64,000 nt of DNA from the IMG/VR virus record IMGVR_UViG_3300045988_129623; one strand, written 5' to 3'. The notes under the pieces were generated by a model. It made no database searches, had not been told where the DNA came from, and saw nothing but the letters and a program-made list of their open reading frames with translations. Positions 46,701 through 56,089 of the stretch are shown here, piece after piece (positions within the stretch are counted from its first letter, which is position 1; every line of letters starts with the position of its first letter). The position numbers and the translations under genes were made by a program. Source of the stretch: a virus.

Positions 46701-49700
46701 ATTCCAAAACCGATCGTTGAATGACAGGTGACCTCCCAACATAAGTGTCTTCAGCGCAGCTTCTCCTCCAGACTCGCTCTGAATCGTTCTTAATTTTTGC
46801 AAAAACGATTCTGATACGGCATTAGTGGCATTATTTGATTCCTTTCTCCAAACTTCATTTATAGCTTGTATTTCTTTGGCCATCTTAAGTTGGTCGCCGG
46901 TTTTTTCCACTCTCCTGGTTCCTACATATATGTATTCTGAAGCTGCTTCCTTACGTTGTTTACGAAGCAGTCCTTCTTCTTCGTAATTGCTGCTTTTAAA
47001 ATAGGCAACCTCATCAAAATTACCACCGCTATCAATAAAAGGCTGCCTCAATATCCGTTTTTGCCGGGATAGGGCATTAAGGTATTCTTTGGTTGTTTGA
47101 GAAACCGGATGCCCTAATTCTTCTTCAGCCTTTTTGTATATGGATTCCATTCTTGTGGCATAACTTTCACTAAATTCCAGTTCTGAATTTTCAGCATCCC
47201 ACTTCTCCATCTGTTCTGTATAAATCTTTTCCTGCTCGATGGTAAAAATATCGGTATTAACCCTATCGGACGACGGTTTAAATTTAGCGTTCTCAGTAAC
47301 CGTATTTCCGTCCTTGTCAACTACTTCTCTTTTAAATACGTAATTACGGTTATTGTCAACCACATCATTGATTTCTTCTTCTGATATCTCTATGTTCATG
47401 GCGGTCGCAAACGCTCGCATCTGCGCCAGCTTCTTATTACGATCGTATTTAGCCATATCAAGGACACTACGAAGGTAATTAGAAGTTTTGCCGTCTACTT
47501 TCTGAAGCAGTTTTTCAAATTCAGATTTGTTAAAACCATGCTTTTTCACATATGCCAGAAAATCGGATATAGCGGGCTGGGCATTCACCATCGCATTGTA
47601 ATTGTCTTTGGCAATCATAGCTCCAAGAGCGTTGTTGAACGGGCTGGAAGAATGCTCTAATATACCGAACCACCTACTTATCCAAGAAACATCGTGTTGA
47701 ACCTTATCAAAGAACTCTTTTACTCTCTTTACCTTATCTGCCGGCACATGAAGTTCGTTCATTAACTTGTCAAGCAACGTACTTTCATCAAGATCTTGTA
47801 CTGATTTAATATCAGACTGAATACCGTTGATGTCGGCAATGACGGTATTGATCCTATTTGTATAATCCTGCTTTTCACGCTCATCAAATTCGGTACTTCT
47901 GTTACGGATATATCCTCGAAGATCGTTCATGATCGGAAGAACCTGATTGTTGATAATATCTACGTTCTTTCGATCATTGGTATTGAAATGAAGCTTACCG
48001 TCTTTGGTATCACCATGAAGGATAGTATTTACTACGTTGCTTAAGTATCTAACCTGAGCTTCGGCTGTGGAGATCATGCTGTTCATGGCGGCCGCCATCT
48101 CATTCTTGTCTATTTCGGTCTCTACCTTATTTATCTTATCTTCTATGGTCTTAAGCTGGGCAAGGGTCATAGACGTAGTTACAGCCCTATCAGAGCTTAT
48201 CTGACGTAAGTCTCTTAACGTTTTTCTCAATGCCCGGATCTTAGACTCAAGAAACTTGTTCTTCTTCATAGAAGAAAGGGAATATAATGTAAAATCATTA
48301 TCCTTCAAAAGAGAAGTATCAAATCCTTTATCTATGTCGGTAATAGCAAGATCACGAATATTTTTAATAACGTTATTCAAATCCTGTCTTTGGGTTGATA
48401 AAGCTGATTTAAGCCAGTTTACAATTCCAGAGAGAAGCTGCCGGACGCGCCCCAGGAAGGAGGTGGGCTCTACCGGCGCCTGTGCTGTGCCGGTCTGCAT
48501 CTCCCTGGCGAGGATCTTTCCAAGAATTTCTCTCCTAACAGCATTATCAAGTTCAGAGCCTTCATATACCTTACCGTATGTATTATAATACTGACCTGCA
48601 TACTGATTCCATTCTTCAGTGCCTTCTACATCTTGCAAAACAGATTCAACAGCATTCTGATCTCTGTACGCCTCTACGAGAAAGTGTGCTGTTTCTTCTA
48701 CTAAGTCAGACAAAGTAGCATCTTCACCGACTGCTATTACGTTATTGGCAATATCCGCCAATGCCTTAGCAGAAGGTTCGTGTCCGTATTTAGTTTGGTA
48801 CTTCTCTATATAATCGGTCATGCCAACGACACTAACGCCCAGCGTTTTCAGTATCTCAACAATAGAATTTCGTTGATTACGTTCCTCTTGGCTATAATCC
48901 GATACTATCTTAGCTTTAGTATCAGCATAAAGATCATTGTCTTCTAATATAAATGAAACTACAAGCGCATCAAAGTGATCGTATTTAGCATCCAATTCAT
49001 TGTATCTTCCAGACTTAAGATCGCTCTTTATCTGCTCCTTGCTAACTCTTTCTGTTCCTCCGGTGGCGAGTCTCATAGTTACCTTACTATTATCCAATGA
49101 ATTTATGGTTATCATACCCTGGTCGTTCATGGAAACATCGGAACCAAAATGATTACGGAGCTCAGTGTAGGATAAGGCTGAATTGAAAAGTCTAATTTGT
49201 CCTGTATGTCCTTCTCCTGTAATATAATAGCTTCTTGTTTCCGGATCGAATATCTTGGATCCGGACAAAAGACCTTTCTTTATAAGGTAGTTAATTATAC
49301 CGCCTTTTGTTGATAAAGAAGTAGAAGCAGAAGCGGTCATGACCGGTATAAAAGACTTGGGATTATTAAGAACATACTTTCCAGCCTTGTAAGTAATGTC
49401 TGCCACTCCATCCACGGTAGATTCTTGAACGATGCCTGATAAGAATCCTATTCTGATATCATTCCCGCCAGAGCGAAGAGCTTCTCCGTAATCTTCAAAT
49501 AATTGATTACGATCATTCATAAAAAACAAACGAGGTTCTCCAGTCTGATACGTTACACCCACAGGATTAGAATCTGTTTCTGGTAGCTCTTCTGGACTAA
49601 ATATCTTAAGACCGTCTTTTATAACCATATAATTAACATCATTATCCTGTACCATAGATACGGGAGTGAAGTCCGAAGATATAGCATCTTGTAGATACTG

Positions 49701-50156
49701 CCCTGAGTCTATTCCTGGTTCTTCCGGCACGGAGATACTTGACGGAACCATAGCATCCACCAACATAATATTATCACCCAGATCTTGGCTATAAAATCCA
49801 AAGCCTGATTCTTGAATCCCATAAGGTGCATCTGATTTCGACACAAGAATAGGGTTGCTCATCTTAGAAGCCTTATCCAGCACCCTTTCTCTATAGGTCT
49901 CTGGAATAAGGCCGATGTTAGATTTTACCTTATTGTAAGCCTGTTTGTTGATAGGCACATTCCTTCTCCAGTCACCAAAAGCCTTTAAGAACTTATTAGA
50001 AAATACGGTTTTAAAAACAGTAGTAGCCCGTTCCCTATTCTCCATAAGAGGAATAGATGCTATTTTATCAAACAACATAGACCTGTCCCCTGATCTGGTA
50101 GAGACAGAAACAACTTTATTTTTATTATCTCTTTTAATAATACACGTTGATGTCAT
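43734..50156 (-). CDS. very large virion-associated protein (2140 aa). It is probably a tail/ejection or tape-measure-like protein with long coiled-coil regions; no enzymatic motif was recognised
   Basis: Uninterrupted 6.4-kb ORF in the late-gene block. Confidence 0.9.
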   Translation of the reverse strand: MTSTCIIKRDNKNKVVSVSTRSGDRSMLFDKIASIPLMENRERATTVFKTVFSNKFLKAFGDWRRNVPINKQAYNKVKSNIGLIPETYRERVLDKASKMSNPILVSKSDAPYGIQESGFGFYSQDLGDNIMLVDAMVPSSISVPEEPGIDSGQYLQDAISSDFTPVSMVQDNDVNYMVIKDGLKIFSPEELPETDSNPVGVTYQTGEPRLFFMNDRNQLFEDYGEALRSGGNDIRIGFLSGIVQESTVDGVADITYKAGKYVLNNPKSFIPVMTASASTSLSTKGGIINYLIKKGLLSGSKIFDPETRSYYITGEGHTGQIRLFNSALSYTELRNHFGSDVSMNDQGMITINSLDNSKVTMRLATGGTERVSKEQIKSDLKSGRYNELDAKYDHFDALVVSFILEDNDLYADTKAKIVSDYSQEERNQRNSIVEILKTLGVSVVGMTDYIEKYQTKYGHEPSAKALADIANNVIAVGEDATLSDLVEETAHFLVEAYRDQNAVESVLQDVEGTEEWNQYAGQYYNTYGKVYEGSELDNAVRREILGKILAREMQTGTAQAPVEPTSFLGRVRQLLSGIVNWLKSALSTQRQDLNNVIKNIRDLAITDIDKGFDTSLLKDNDFTLYSLSSMKKNKFLESKIRALRKTLRDLRQISSDRAVTTSMTLAQLKTIEDKINKVETEIDKNEMAAAMNSMISTAEAQVRYLSNVVNTILHGDTKDGKLHFNTNDRKNVDIINNQVLPIMNDLRGYIRNRSTEFDEREKQDYTNRINTVIADINGIQSDIKSVQDLDESTLLDKLMNELHVPADKVKRVKEFFDKVQHDVSWISRWFGILEHSSSPFNNALGAMIAKDNYNAMVNAQPAISDFLAYVKKHGFNKSEFEKLLQKVDGKTSNYLRSVLDMAKYDRNKKLAQMRAFATAMNIEISEEEINDVVDNNRNYVFKREVVDKDGNTVTENAKFKPSSDRVNTDIFTIEQEKIYTEQMEKWDAENSELEFSESYATRMESIYKKAEEELGHPVSQTTKEYLNALSRQKRILRQPFIDSGGNFDEVAYFKSSNYEEEGLLRKQRKEAASEYIYVGTRRVEKTGDQLKMAKEIQAINEVWRKESNNATNAVSESFLQKLRTIQSESGGEAALKTLMLGGHLSFNDRFWNDVESEQSARTESNNKASYLKMAHDIISSTTSDRDATDVDSIVKDIEKNKAIIKEIIGNNRDVADIGEINEATFTSSERDAFRAASEAIEADYAILIDYAKMVGLEDIDKYLTKSSKAENEVNQSYLNALADSKEVEWKFVQRHTTAKKAKRIQALRDKLFKAADNRYLFTVSETNYLSEKLGISKELDGRDFRNAVNAKMASLFLNNTRESGIEEANAIVNEFARSQVFSYYKRMAPTGYAAMIDKIGRGEIDVAQMVKDVQNGTSTQDYGMDISYLSFDPARAWVAESEAENSGRNPDYVKDHGYGHRMPKKSLYRDESYLNDFGIKYDADGNEVATKNVEQWNMIQKLKEIKRQSLDLYKEQSPNLYAIPQISKQDIERMEGLGINFKNTVRNFVSDLCLDRVDDSLYGKTRQGEVYDPEDRLRSIPKYYIYELENQDDVSHDFGYSYSMLMMQSSLYNEKQKSIELAQGLEQMLLNKQFEGGKKAEATQAYQMFRDFFNDHYYGIRMNTKKLTVNIGGYTVDLTRIMMAVERFMSVMNLALSPFVAATGALTGHINLIMESAVGQYISKDSLKYASAEFSRLAPSCIAETGDIDRKSKLYVIGERMGIFNIRNRMYGAGYNRAARTLMRSPMYAFMEILNYPLDPQVMIATMDNVRYYKGRFYTFQDFKMEKERNKEQSTIKREWNALKDRTLWSMVDVVDGKVVVKPGSGVTVEEVETQMAITRNQVRSLSQICNGSLNEENRTAASRNWIARFMTAHRGWLVLSAQRLWKRRGFNFQTMQEEEGLSITLKNMIAKTFSLASESGMKNIIDAWNENKDNMNEVEKTNLKRLSVYAGTFLIMQAVSMLLAGWRDDDENEESWLTQFGSYVGFRTINEIASQMPFIMELNVVDIINDPFVMGRKLKDLTDLRNYSLDKVTSGTYKGESKLFRQLAKQTFIKQWYNIKTPEDVARAYNWWQQTNNKSMMFFIGATPDSEGDDDVSYK

Positions 50157-50179
50157 AGTAAAACATTTTTGTTATGAGA

Positions 50180-50187
50180 CAAAGGTA
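50180..50187 (-). promoter_or_regulatory. Bacteroidota-type -7 promoter element (TAccTTTG on the - strand), 22 nt upstream of the 2140-aa gene's ATG
   Basis: Matches the TAnnTTTG consensus of Bacteroidetes sigma-A promoters. No clear -33 TTTG was seen. Confidence 0.3.
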
Positions 50188-50206
50188 GTTAAAAATCAAG
50201 CATATC

Positions 50207-50246
50207 ATAAAAAATAAAGCCACCTAACTTCTCAGTCTGATGGCTT
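50207..50246 (-). terminator. rho-independent terminator. The stem is AAGCCAUC/GGUGGCUU (8 bp including one G-U pair), followed by UAUUUUUUAU
   Basis: Hairpin plus U-run immediately downstream of gene 50299-50622 on the - strand. Confidence 0.6.
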
Positions 50247-50298
50247 AAAAATAATATGAAAAAAAATTATAATCTGACGAAAAATCGTCAAGTTCAGC

Positions 50299-50622
50299 TT
50301 ATATGTAATGCATGTACCCATCTCGGTGAATAAACCTTCCCGATTCAAAGCGCTCAATATCTTCAGGGCAAATAGGGCCCGAATCCTCTCTCCTGGCTTC
50401 AAACCAAAGCCCCGGCTTACGAAGTCGGCAAGTTATGATATAGTTAAAGCAATTGTGCGTAAAATGGAAAACAGATCCTACAGGGAAATACCTATCAGCT
50501 TGAAATACGATTCTTTTTCGTTTAGTATCAAACGTGATATCTCCTACTATCTTAGCCACGTAATAGCTTCTGCCATTTAACGTTTCATCTGTTTGTGGTA
50601 TCCAATAATAACCTCTTGCCAT
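50299..50622 (-). CDS. hypothetical protein (107 aa)
   Basis: ORF track. Confidence 0.6.
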   Translation of the reverse strand: MARGYYWIPQTDETLNGRSYYVAKIVGDITFDTKRKRIVFQADRYFPVGSVFHFTHNCFNYIITCRLRKPGLWFEARREDSGPICPEDIERFESGRFIHRDGYMHYI

Positions 50623-50660
50623 GCCACAAATATATGAAAAAGTCGGATAACTTACGTACC

Positions 50661-50972
50661 CTACTCTATTATTTGTTTAAATAGTCCAATTTCATCTATT
50701 TTGACATGACCGCTTTGCATACGACCATTATTAGGATTATGTAGAAAATTGAAACCACTTTCTTTTTCCTGTCTTTCAAAAGAGCTGATATCCTTTCCTC
50801 TACGGGCTCTTTCAAAAGCTTTATTGAACAACTTGCCTCTAAAGGTCTTGACGAGGATCTTGGTAGCGTTATTGCCGGCTCTTACCATTGCTTTCCTTGC
50901 CCGGTCCTCCGAGACAAAACTGCTTCGGAAAATATACGATGCTGCTGCTTGTATATCTTGTTTAGTAATCAT
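50661..50972 (-). CDS. hypothetical protein (103 aa)
   Basis: ORF track. Confidence 0.6.
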   Translation of the reverse strand: MITKQDIQAAASYIFRSSFVSEDRARKAMVRAGNNATKILVKTFRGKLFNKAFERARRGKDISSFERQEKESGFNFLHNPNNGRMQSGHVKIDEIGLFKQIIE

Positions 50973-51322
50973 ATGCCAAACATTCCTTTCAAGATACTAT
51001 TTTTTATACTATATATCAATTTCATCTCATCTCTATCATATACGCCAAAAAAGGATTCACTGGGGTCCTTTGGATTTACGCTCAGTTGAATTATACAATT
51101 GTAAAGATAGACCTTAAGTTCATAATTATCAGAGTATCTATCCCGTATGGTTTCAAATGTCTTAATTAATTCTTCAACAAGTACTCTGCTAAATGAAAAA
51201 GGTTCTCTACAATCACCTTTAAATATGATATGATTTAAATCATTGGTATTATCAAATTCGTACTCTACCCGACTGTCGTCCATCATATCATAAGTGATTG
51301 ACTTTTTGATTTTAAATCCCAT
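50969..51322 (-). CDS. hypothetical protein (117 aa)
   Basis: ORF track; ATGA-type overlap. Confidence 0.6.
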   Translation of the reverse strand: MGFKIKKSITYDMMDDSRVEYEFDNTNDLNHIIFKGDCREPFSFSRVLVEELIKTFETIRDRYSDNYELKVYLYNCIIQLSVNPKDPSESFFGVYDRDEMKLIYSIKNSILKGMFGI

Positions 51323-51340
51323 ATTATTTTGTTTTTTTAG

Positions 51341-51706
51341 TTAATATAGATCTTCTGAATACAATTGTTCTCTAATGGCACTCCTATCTACTACCATTTC
51401 CTGATTATTGCTCTTAACAAGTTCAGATGCTTCCTCTCTTGTTAAAAAATGATTCTTGCTTGTCAAAAATCCTTGAACACTACAGTTTTTATGGGCTATA
51501 CCGTATGCCGCAAGTTGAGATAGTATAGAGGGGTGTCTCAATCCACAGAACACGGTGCCGGATGGTATATTGGTGGGCTGATAGGGTCGTTTCTTGTCGT
51601 CCTGTACCCAGATGGCCGCGCATATCACGATTTCTTTATTACACATGACTATAAATTTAATATTCCGTTTTTGCCAATATGTTTCTTTTCTTCTTCGGTA
51701 GGCCAT
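51341..51706 (-). CDS. hypothetical protein (121 aa). It overlaps the next ORF by 58 nt, so the start is uncertain
   Basis: ORF track. Confidence 0.5.
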   Translation of the reverse strand: MAYRRRKETYWQKRNIKFIVMCNKEIVICAAIWVQDDKKRPYQPTNIPSGTVFCGLRHPSILSQLAAYGIAHKNCSVQGFLTSKNHFLTREEASELVKSNNQEMVVDRSAIREQLYSEDLY

Positions 51707-51924
51707 TCTTTCTTGAACTTACCGTGCCACGTTCCAGGAACTACCACCACTTCGCCTCCCTTACTATATTCAATAGCGGCACATTCAGAACAAAGAGGCT
51801 TGCCTTCATATCCCTTTAGCGACTTATCGTAAATACGATTCTTACAAGGTCTTATAAGAGCCCAGTAATATGATGTGGCTGTATTATCTATACAGCCACA
51901 TTTTGAACATACAAACAAACTCAT
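51649..51924 (-). CDS. hypothetical zinc-ribbon protein (91 aa)
   Basis: CSKCGC...CSEC. Confidence 0.55.
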   Translation of the reverse strand: MSLFVCSKCGCIDNTATSYYWALIRPCKNRIYDKSLKGYEGKPLCSECAAIEYSKGGEVVVVPGTWHGKFKKEWPTEEEKKHIGKNGILNL

Positions 51925-52787
51925 CCCGCAATCTCCCAGTCATTAGACATAATATCATGTTCGGTTGGATTCCAATTTGATGCTACTTTTTGACCTGTAT
52001 CTACCATCAATATATTTACGTCAGACATACAGATATACTTTTTACCCCAATCGATTCTTTTTATCTTACGACCTAATTTAAGCCGTTGTAAAGCCTGTTC
52101 GAATGTCATGCCACGACGAGGCAGTTTGAGATACTTTTTAAGTCTGTCGGCAGCTTCATTTGGTGTATGGCCATCGTATTCGAAAGCGGTTTCTCTTTCA
52201 GGAACATCAAACAAATCCCAGTATTTGCTTTCATAGTGATTAGATACCTGACCGGTAGGTAGGATCGCCATCACAATAAACCAATCATCAGAACCGAAGC
52301 ATTTTTCTCCGTCGCTGTGTCTCCTTGATTTGCAAACTTCAACCTGTCCGCTTCTGGCTAATAGATTAAAGAAGGCAGCGTTATACAACATGCGATACCT
52401 ATACAATTCATTGAAAGTGTGGTATCCGTCAGAGACTTCTCCCACGTCTACAGGCTTCTTGTTTTGAATACTACCCAAAATATTCTCTATATAGAGCTGT
52501 ATTTTATACATACCCATTTCGGTGTGGCCGTATTTGTTCAAGATATTATTGACATCGTATTGTATATTAAAATCTTTTTCAAATTCTACTTCAGGATGAT
52601 TCGGATAGAAGTAGTCCACTGATGCTTCTAACACTGACTTTACGTGTTCTATTATCCTCGCAACATCATCATGTTTAAAAAAATGCTTAAATCTTTCAAC
52701 GAATTTAATATCTTCGTTGATTGCTGATTCGAACTCTTCTTTTGTCATCACTCTAATTACATCTTTTTTTAAATCGTCTAATCCCAT
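51921..52787 (-). CDS. hypothetical protein with a DUF2829-like C-terminal domain (MTFEQALQRLKLGRKIKRIDW...DIMSNDWEI)
   Basis: C-terminal motif recalled from the phage DUF2829 family. Confidence 0.7.
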   Translation of the reverse strand: MGLDDLKKDVIRVMTKEEFESAINEDIKFVERFKHFFKHDDVARIIEHVKSVLEASVDYFYPNHPEVEFEKDFNIQYDVNNILNKYGHTEMGMYKIQLYIENILGSIQNKKPVDVGEVSDGYHTFNELYRYRMLYNAAFFNLLARSGQVEVCKSRRHSDGEKCFGSDDWFIVMAILPTGQVSNHYESKYWDLFDVPERETAFEYDGHTPNEAADRLKKYLKLPRRGMTFEQALQRLKLGRKIKRIDWGKKYICMSDVNILMVDTGQKVASNWNPTEHDIMSNDWEIAG

Positions 52788-52800
52788 GATTTATTTTAAA

Positions 52801-53442
52801 TTAGTTGTTATTATACTTTTTTATCCTACAATACAAATCCAATAAGAACTCAGCAGAAAAACCATCCCATGCATTATTCTGCCAAATATCTACTTTGTTA
52901 ATAAACCAAAACCATGTGGGACCCTCATATGAAGAATCAGATGATGATCCCAATCCGATTTTCTCCATTTCATTCGCCACATCAGAATAAGGATCTAAAA
53001 TGACTCCCCTAATCATGTTAATAATATCATCCTTGTCTAACATAAATTGAAACCGCTCCTTGTTAGTAGGCGGATCTTGATTCAATTTACCAGTCGCAAG
53101 CCATTCTCCATCATGATACAATTCGGCAAGTTTCTTTACCTTATTTTTAAGAAAAGAATACTCTTGTATGACTTCTATAAAATCAGCTTCGTTAGCTTTA
53201 CCTTCTATAAAGATAACGGTTTTGCTTCCAGGTCTATGATCGTCTAAGCTTGCCGGGATTCCTAATATCGTCCATCCTTTAAACTCAGCTATCTTAAAAC
53301 GCATGACATCAAACACCTTATAAAAATCATCACAATCTACAGATTCTATTACCTTAACATCCTCTTCCGTAAATTTACCTCGTATTGAAATAACATGATG
53401 ACCAGGGCAGCCATCGGTTCCGAAATATGCGATTCTAACCAC
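52801..53442 (-). CDS. hypothetical protein (213 aa)
   Basis: ORF track. Confidence 0.75.
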   Translation of the reverse strand: MVRIAYFGTDGCPGHHVISIRGKFTEEDVKVIESVDCDDFYKVFDVMRFKIAEFKGWTILGIPASLDDHRPGSKTVIFIEGKANEADFIEVIQEYSFLKNKVKKLAELYHDGEWLATGKLNQDPPTNKERFQFMLDKDDIINMIRGVILDPYSDVANEMEKIGLGSSSDSSYEGPTWFWFINKVDIWQNNAWDGFSAEFLLDLYCRIKKYNNN

Positions 53443-53462
53443 GATATTTACAATATTTTAAT

Positions 53463-53678
53463 TTATTTTGCTAAAACATTCATATAACATGGCACATCTA
53501 CCACATCTCTTCTACGAAGTCCCTTATCAAAATAAGAAACTATATAAGTGTTTTTACCTTCGTGATCAGGCCTGGGATCGAAACATTCAAAAACGAATCT
53601 TGTTACACCTTCCAAATGACCAAGCATGAAAACAAATTCGCCACCGTATCTTTTATTAGCTAATTCTTCTACGGTCAT
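53463..53678 (-). CDS. hypothetical protein (71 aa)
   Basis: ORF track. Confidence 0.55.
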   Translation of the reverse strand: MTVEELANKRYGGEFVFMLGHLEGVTRFVFECFDPRPDHEGKNTYIVSYFDKGLRRRDVVDVPCYMNVLAK

Positions 53679-53902
53679 AATCTGTCCCCTCCTAATCCTG
53701 AATTGATGCTAACGTACTTAACACGGACATCATTTCCACGTCCAAGCTGACCCCAGCCGGGCGATGGCGTTCCCTTGGCCGGAGCAGGGACAGCCCTAAG
53801 CCGAGACCAGTCCTGCTTTTGCCTCATGGCTTCAGCCTCTTTGTAATACCGGTTACACAGTTCTTGATCTTCGTAACCAACGTAATCTTCCTTATTTTCC
53901 AT
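53675..53902 (-). CDS. hypothetical protein (75 aa). Its C-terminal half is encoded by a GC-rich island
   Basis: ORF track. Confidence 0.5.
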   Translation of the reverse strand: MENKEDYVGYEDQELCNRYYKEAEAMRQKQDWSRLRAVPAPAKGTPSPGWGQLGRGNDVRVKYVSINSGLGGDRL

Positions 53903-54587
53903 ATAGAATACTTTTTCAACAAATGTACGACATTCATGAATTAATTAGATTTAAAATAAAACAATATGAATTAAAATAAAAACCCGATACGTTAAAATCG
54001 CATCGGGCCTGGTATTGAAAAAACAGGTTCAGATCTTGGGTAAAGACTCGAGCCAATTTTTAACATCTTTATATTTAGGGTCTTTGTCTATTCTATCTCT
54101 CAGTTCATGCAATGCTGAGTCCATAACCGTATTCGGTACGCCAATCAACTCTCCTATTAAATACAAGGGTGTTTTATTTGATTTAGATTCGTGTGCTATA
54201 TTCATGTCAAAAAAAAAGTTATGTGAAACAAACCGGCCACGGGTATTCTATTGCCCGCCGACCGGTATAACATTTTTTTTATTCCTTTTTTTCCAAACGG
54301 GAAAAACGGGAATGCGGGAATCATATTTTTCACTATGGCTCCCGCACCACCGGAAGGGCCTGGATCTCAGGTCAGATCCACCACGCGGGTCTGCATCGCC
54401 TGATACTGACCCGGCTGAGGAGGAAGATACCTGGGTTCGGATACGGCTACTACCTTTCCCAATTCGTATTTAGGTACTGTATTAGTATCAAGGGTATGTA
54501 CCTGAAACCCTTTCTTCAAATCTGAAAACATGATCAAAATATTATTTAGGTGAAAATAGGGTGATGATCTCCATCACCCTACTGAAA

Positions 54588-55001
54588 TCATTTACCTGCT
54601 TTAACTTCAGACGCCTGGGCTGCCGCTACTGGAACACAGCAATCCATTAATCTTAACACGCCACGAACTTTATTGAAGTACAGAAGGCGTTCTGTGCCAT
54701 TTACCATAGCAGCACCCGTTACAGCTACGTTAATAGGGTTCACGACATTCACTCCCGTAACCGAGCAACAGGTGTCGGCTCCTACTGTTGAAACTGTGCT
54801 GTTTGCCGGGACCGCAATCTGTACCGGTAGAGCACTTCCGGCTGTGGGGACTACTTGCCTTATCTTAAGAAGGATAAGACCCTCACACGGAAGGGCGATC
54901 CAAGCCCGTGGGTTAATACCGAAGATTGTATTTGTCGTACTGACAAATACAATCTTCGTAACCACCTCATACAACGATCCTATTTTAGAAACACAAGCCA
55001 T
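54588..55001 (-). CDS. hypothetical Val/Thr/Ala/Asn-rich protein (137 aa) with two CC pairs and atypical composition
   Basis: ORF track; composition differs from neighbouring genes. Confidence 0.6.
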   Translation of the reverse strand: MACVSKIGSLYEVVTKIVFVSTTNTIFGINPRAWIALPCEGLILLKIRQVVPTAGSALPVQIAVPANSTVSTVGADTCCSVTGVNVVNPINVAVTGAAMVNGTERLLYFNKVRGVLRLMDCCVPVAAAQASEVKAGK

Positions 55002-55024
55002 ATTAGCCTCCTTTCTTAATAAAA

Positions 55025-56089
55025 TCAGACAGCAGCGTTGTTATTGCAACATCCGTTGTTACATCCACATCCGTTATTGTAGCAACCTCCTCCGAATACC
55101 TGTCCCCAAGAATAAGCCTGGTAAGGAGAACAAGAGGGGTAGGCTGGGACGGCCGTCGGGCGTAATTGACCAACGATATTCTGGGTTTGTTGCTGAGATA
55201 ATGCCGAAGCTGTCAAAGCCGCTTTTTCTTCACGAAGTTGAGCAATAGTGTTCTGCATCTCCCTCATTTCCAACTGACAGAATTTGTCGTTGATCATAAC
55301 GGTTTGAGCATCAAGTTTCGCAGACAAGATATTGAATTGGCTTGTAGCTTGCTCACGATTGTTAGCCAGACCTTGGTTGAGACCGTTCTGCAAGATATTG
55401 GTTTGTTCCAACGTGCGAAGCTGGTTGTCAAAACCTTGCTGAGTAATCATTCCCTGAGTCTGGCAAGTGCTTTGATTGATCAACGAACTCAGATTGCAGC
55501 AGCAAGAGCTGATTTGATTTCCTATTTCACAACCTTGTTGTTGAACTGCGTTGATAACAGCCTGAGAAGTCATACCTACCTGACCAGCTACTTTATCAAT
55601 AGCACCCTGTACGTTGCAGATAGCACTCTGAAGTTGAGTAGTAGAACAGTTCAAAGCAGAAGCGATCTGATCTATAGCGCTACGATTACCTTGAATTGCC
55701 TGCATCAAAAGTTCACGACCGTAATCGTTATTCAACTGAGCCGGCAAACCATTGGCGCAACAATCACCGCCATTTCCAAAACCGTTACCGAAGCCGCGTC
55801 CACCCCACAGCCAGAACAAAACAATTATCCAGAGCCACCAACCGTTAGCCCCACCGAAACCGTCCTGGTTGTTACGACCGTTCATCAAAGCCGCCACCAG
55901 ATTCGGATCCATTTTATTACCACCTATCAAATTAGCAAACATGCCGGGAATCATTGAAAGAAGACCGTTAGTGGCTGCACCACCACCGTTAGCCCCGGCT
56001 CCATCTAAAAGGACGATTTTATCACCACCCATAATTTTATAGTATTTAATTGTTAAACATACGTGCATGAAGCACGTAACAAAGATCAT
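55025..56089 (-). CDS. unusual membrane protein. It has a Gly-rich N-terminus, a Trp-rich TM helix (WWLWIIVLFWLWGG), a Gln/Asn-rich coiled-coil middle and a Cys/Asn/Gly-rich C-terminus (CYNNGCGCNNGCCNNN). The start is probably at the internal Met (MGGDKIV, near 56032)
   Basis: ORF track. The region has higher GC and codon usage distinct from the flanking sequence. Confidence 0.7.
   Translation of the reverse strand: MIFVTCFMHVCLTIKYYKIMGGDKIVLLDGAGANGGGAATNGLLSMIPGMFANLIGGNKMDPNLVAALMNGRNNQDGFGGANGWWLWIIVLFWLWGGRGFGNGFGNGGDCCANGLPAQLNNDYGRELLMQAIQGNRSAIDQIASALNCSTTQLQSAICNVQGAIDKVAGQVGMTSQAVINAVQQQGCEIGNQISSCCCNLSSLINQSTCQTQGMITQQGFDNQLRTLEQTNILQNGLNQGLANNREQATSQFNILSAKLDAQTVMINDKFCQLEMREMQNTIAQLREEKAALTASALSQQQTQNIVGQLRPTAVPAYPSCSPYQAYSWGQVFGGGCYNNGCGCNNGCCNNNAAV

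Noticed and set aside
44097-49945. + strand ORFs inside the 2140-aa - strand gene and similar antisense ORFs in other large late genes (55238-56042, 56526-57150, 61460-63390).
   Set aside because: They are antisense to long, uninterrupted coding sequence and are low-complexity artefacts. They include 55238-55957, which lies opposite the Gln/Asn-rich gene.
5285-54450. GC-rich islands at gene C-termini as DGR variable/template repeats.
   Set aside because: No reverse transcriptase is in the window. No pair of islands is near-identical with adenine-specific differences. The similarity between islands is limited to strings of about 10 nt.
54015-54473. + strand 152-aa ORF in the 53903-54587 gap.
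   Set aside because: It is the opposite strand to all flanking genes. It runs through the GC-rich, stop-poor structured segment and has no start context. It is treated as non-coding.
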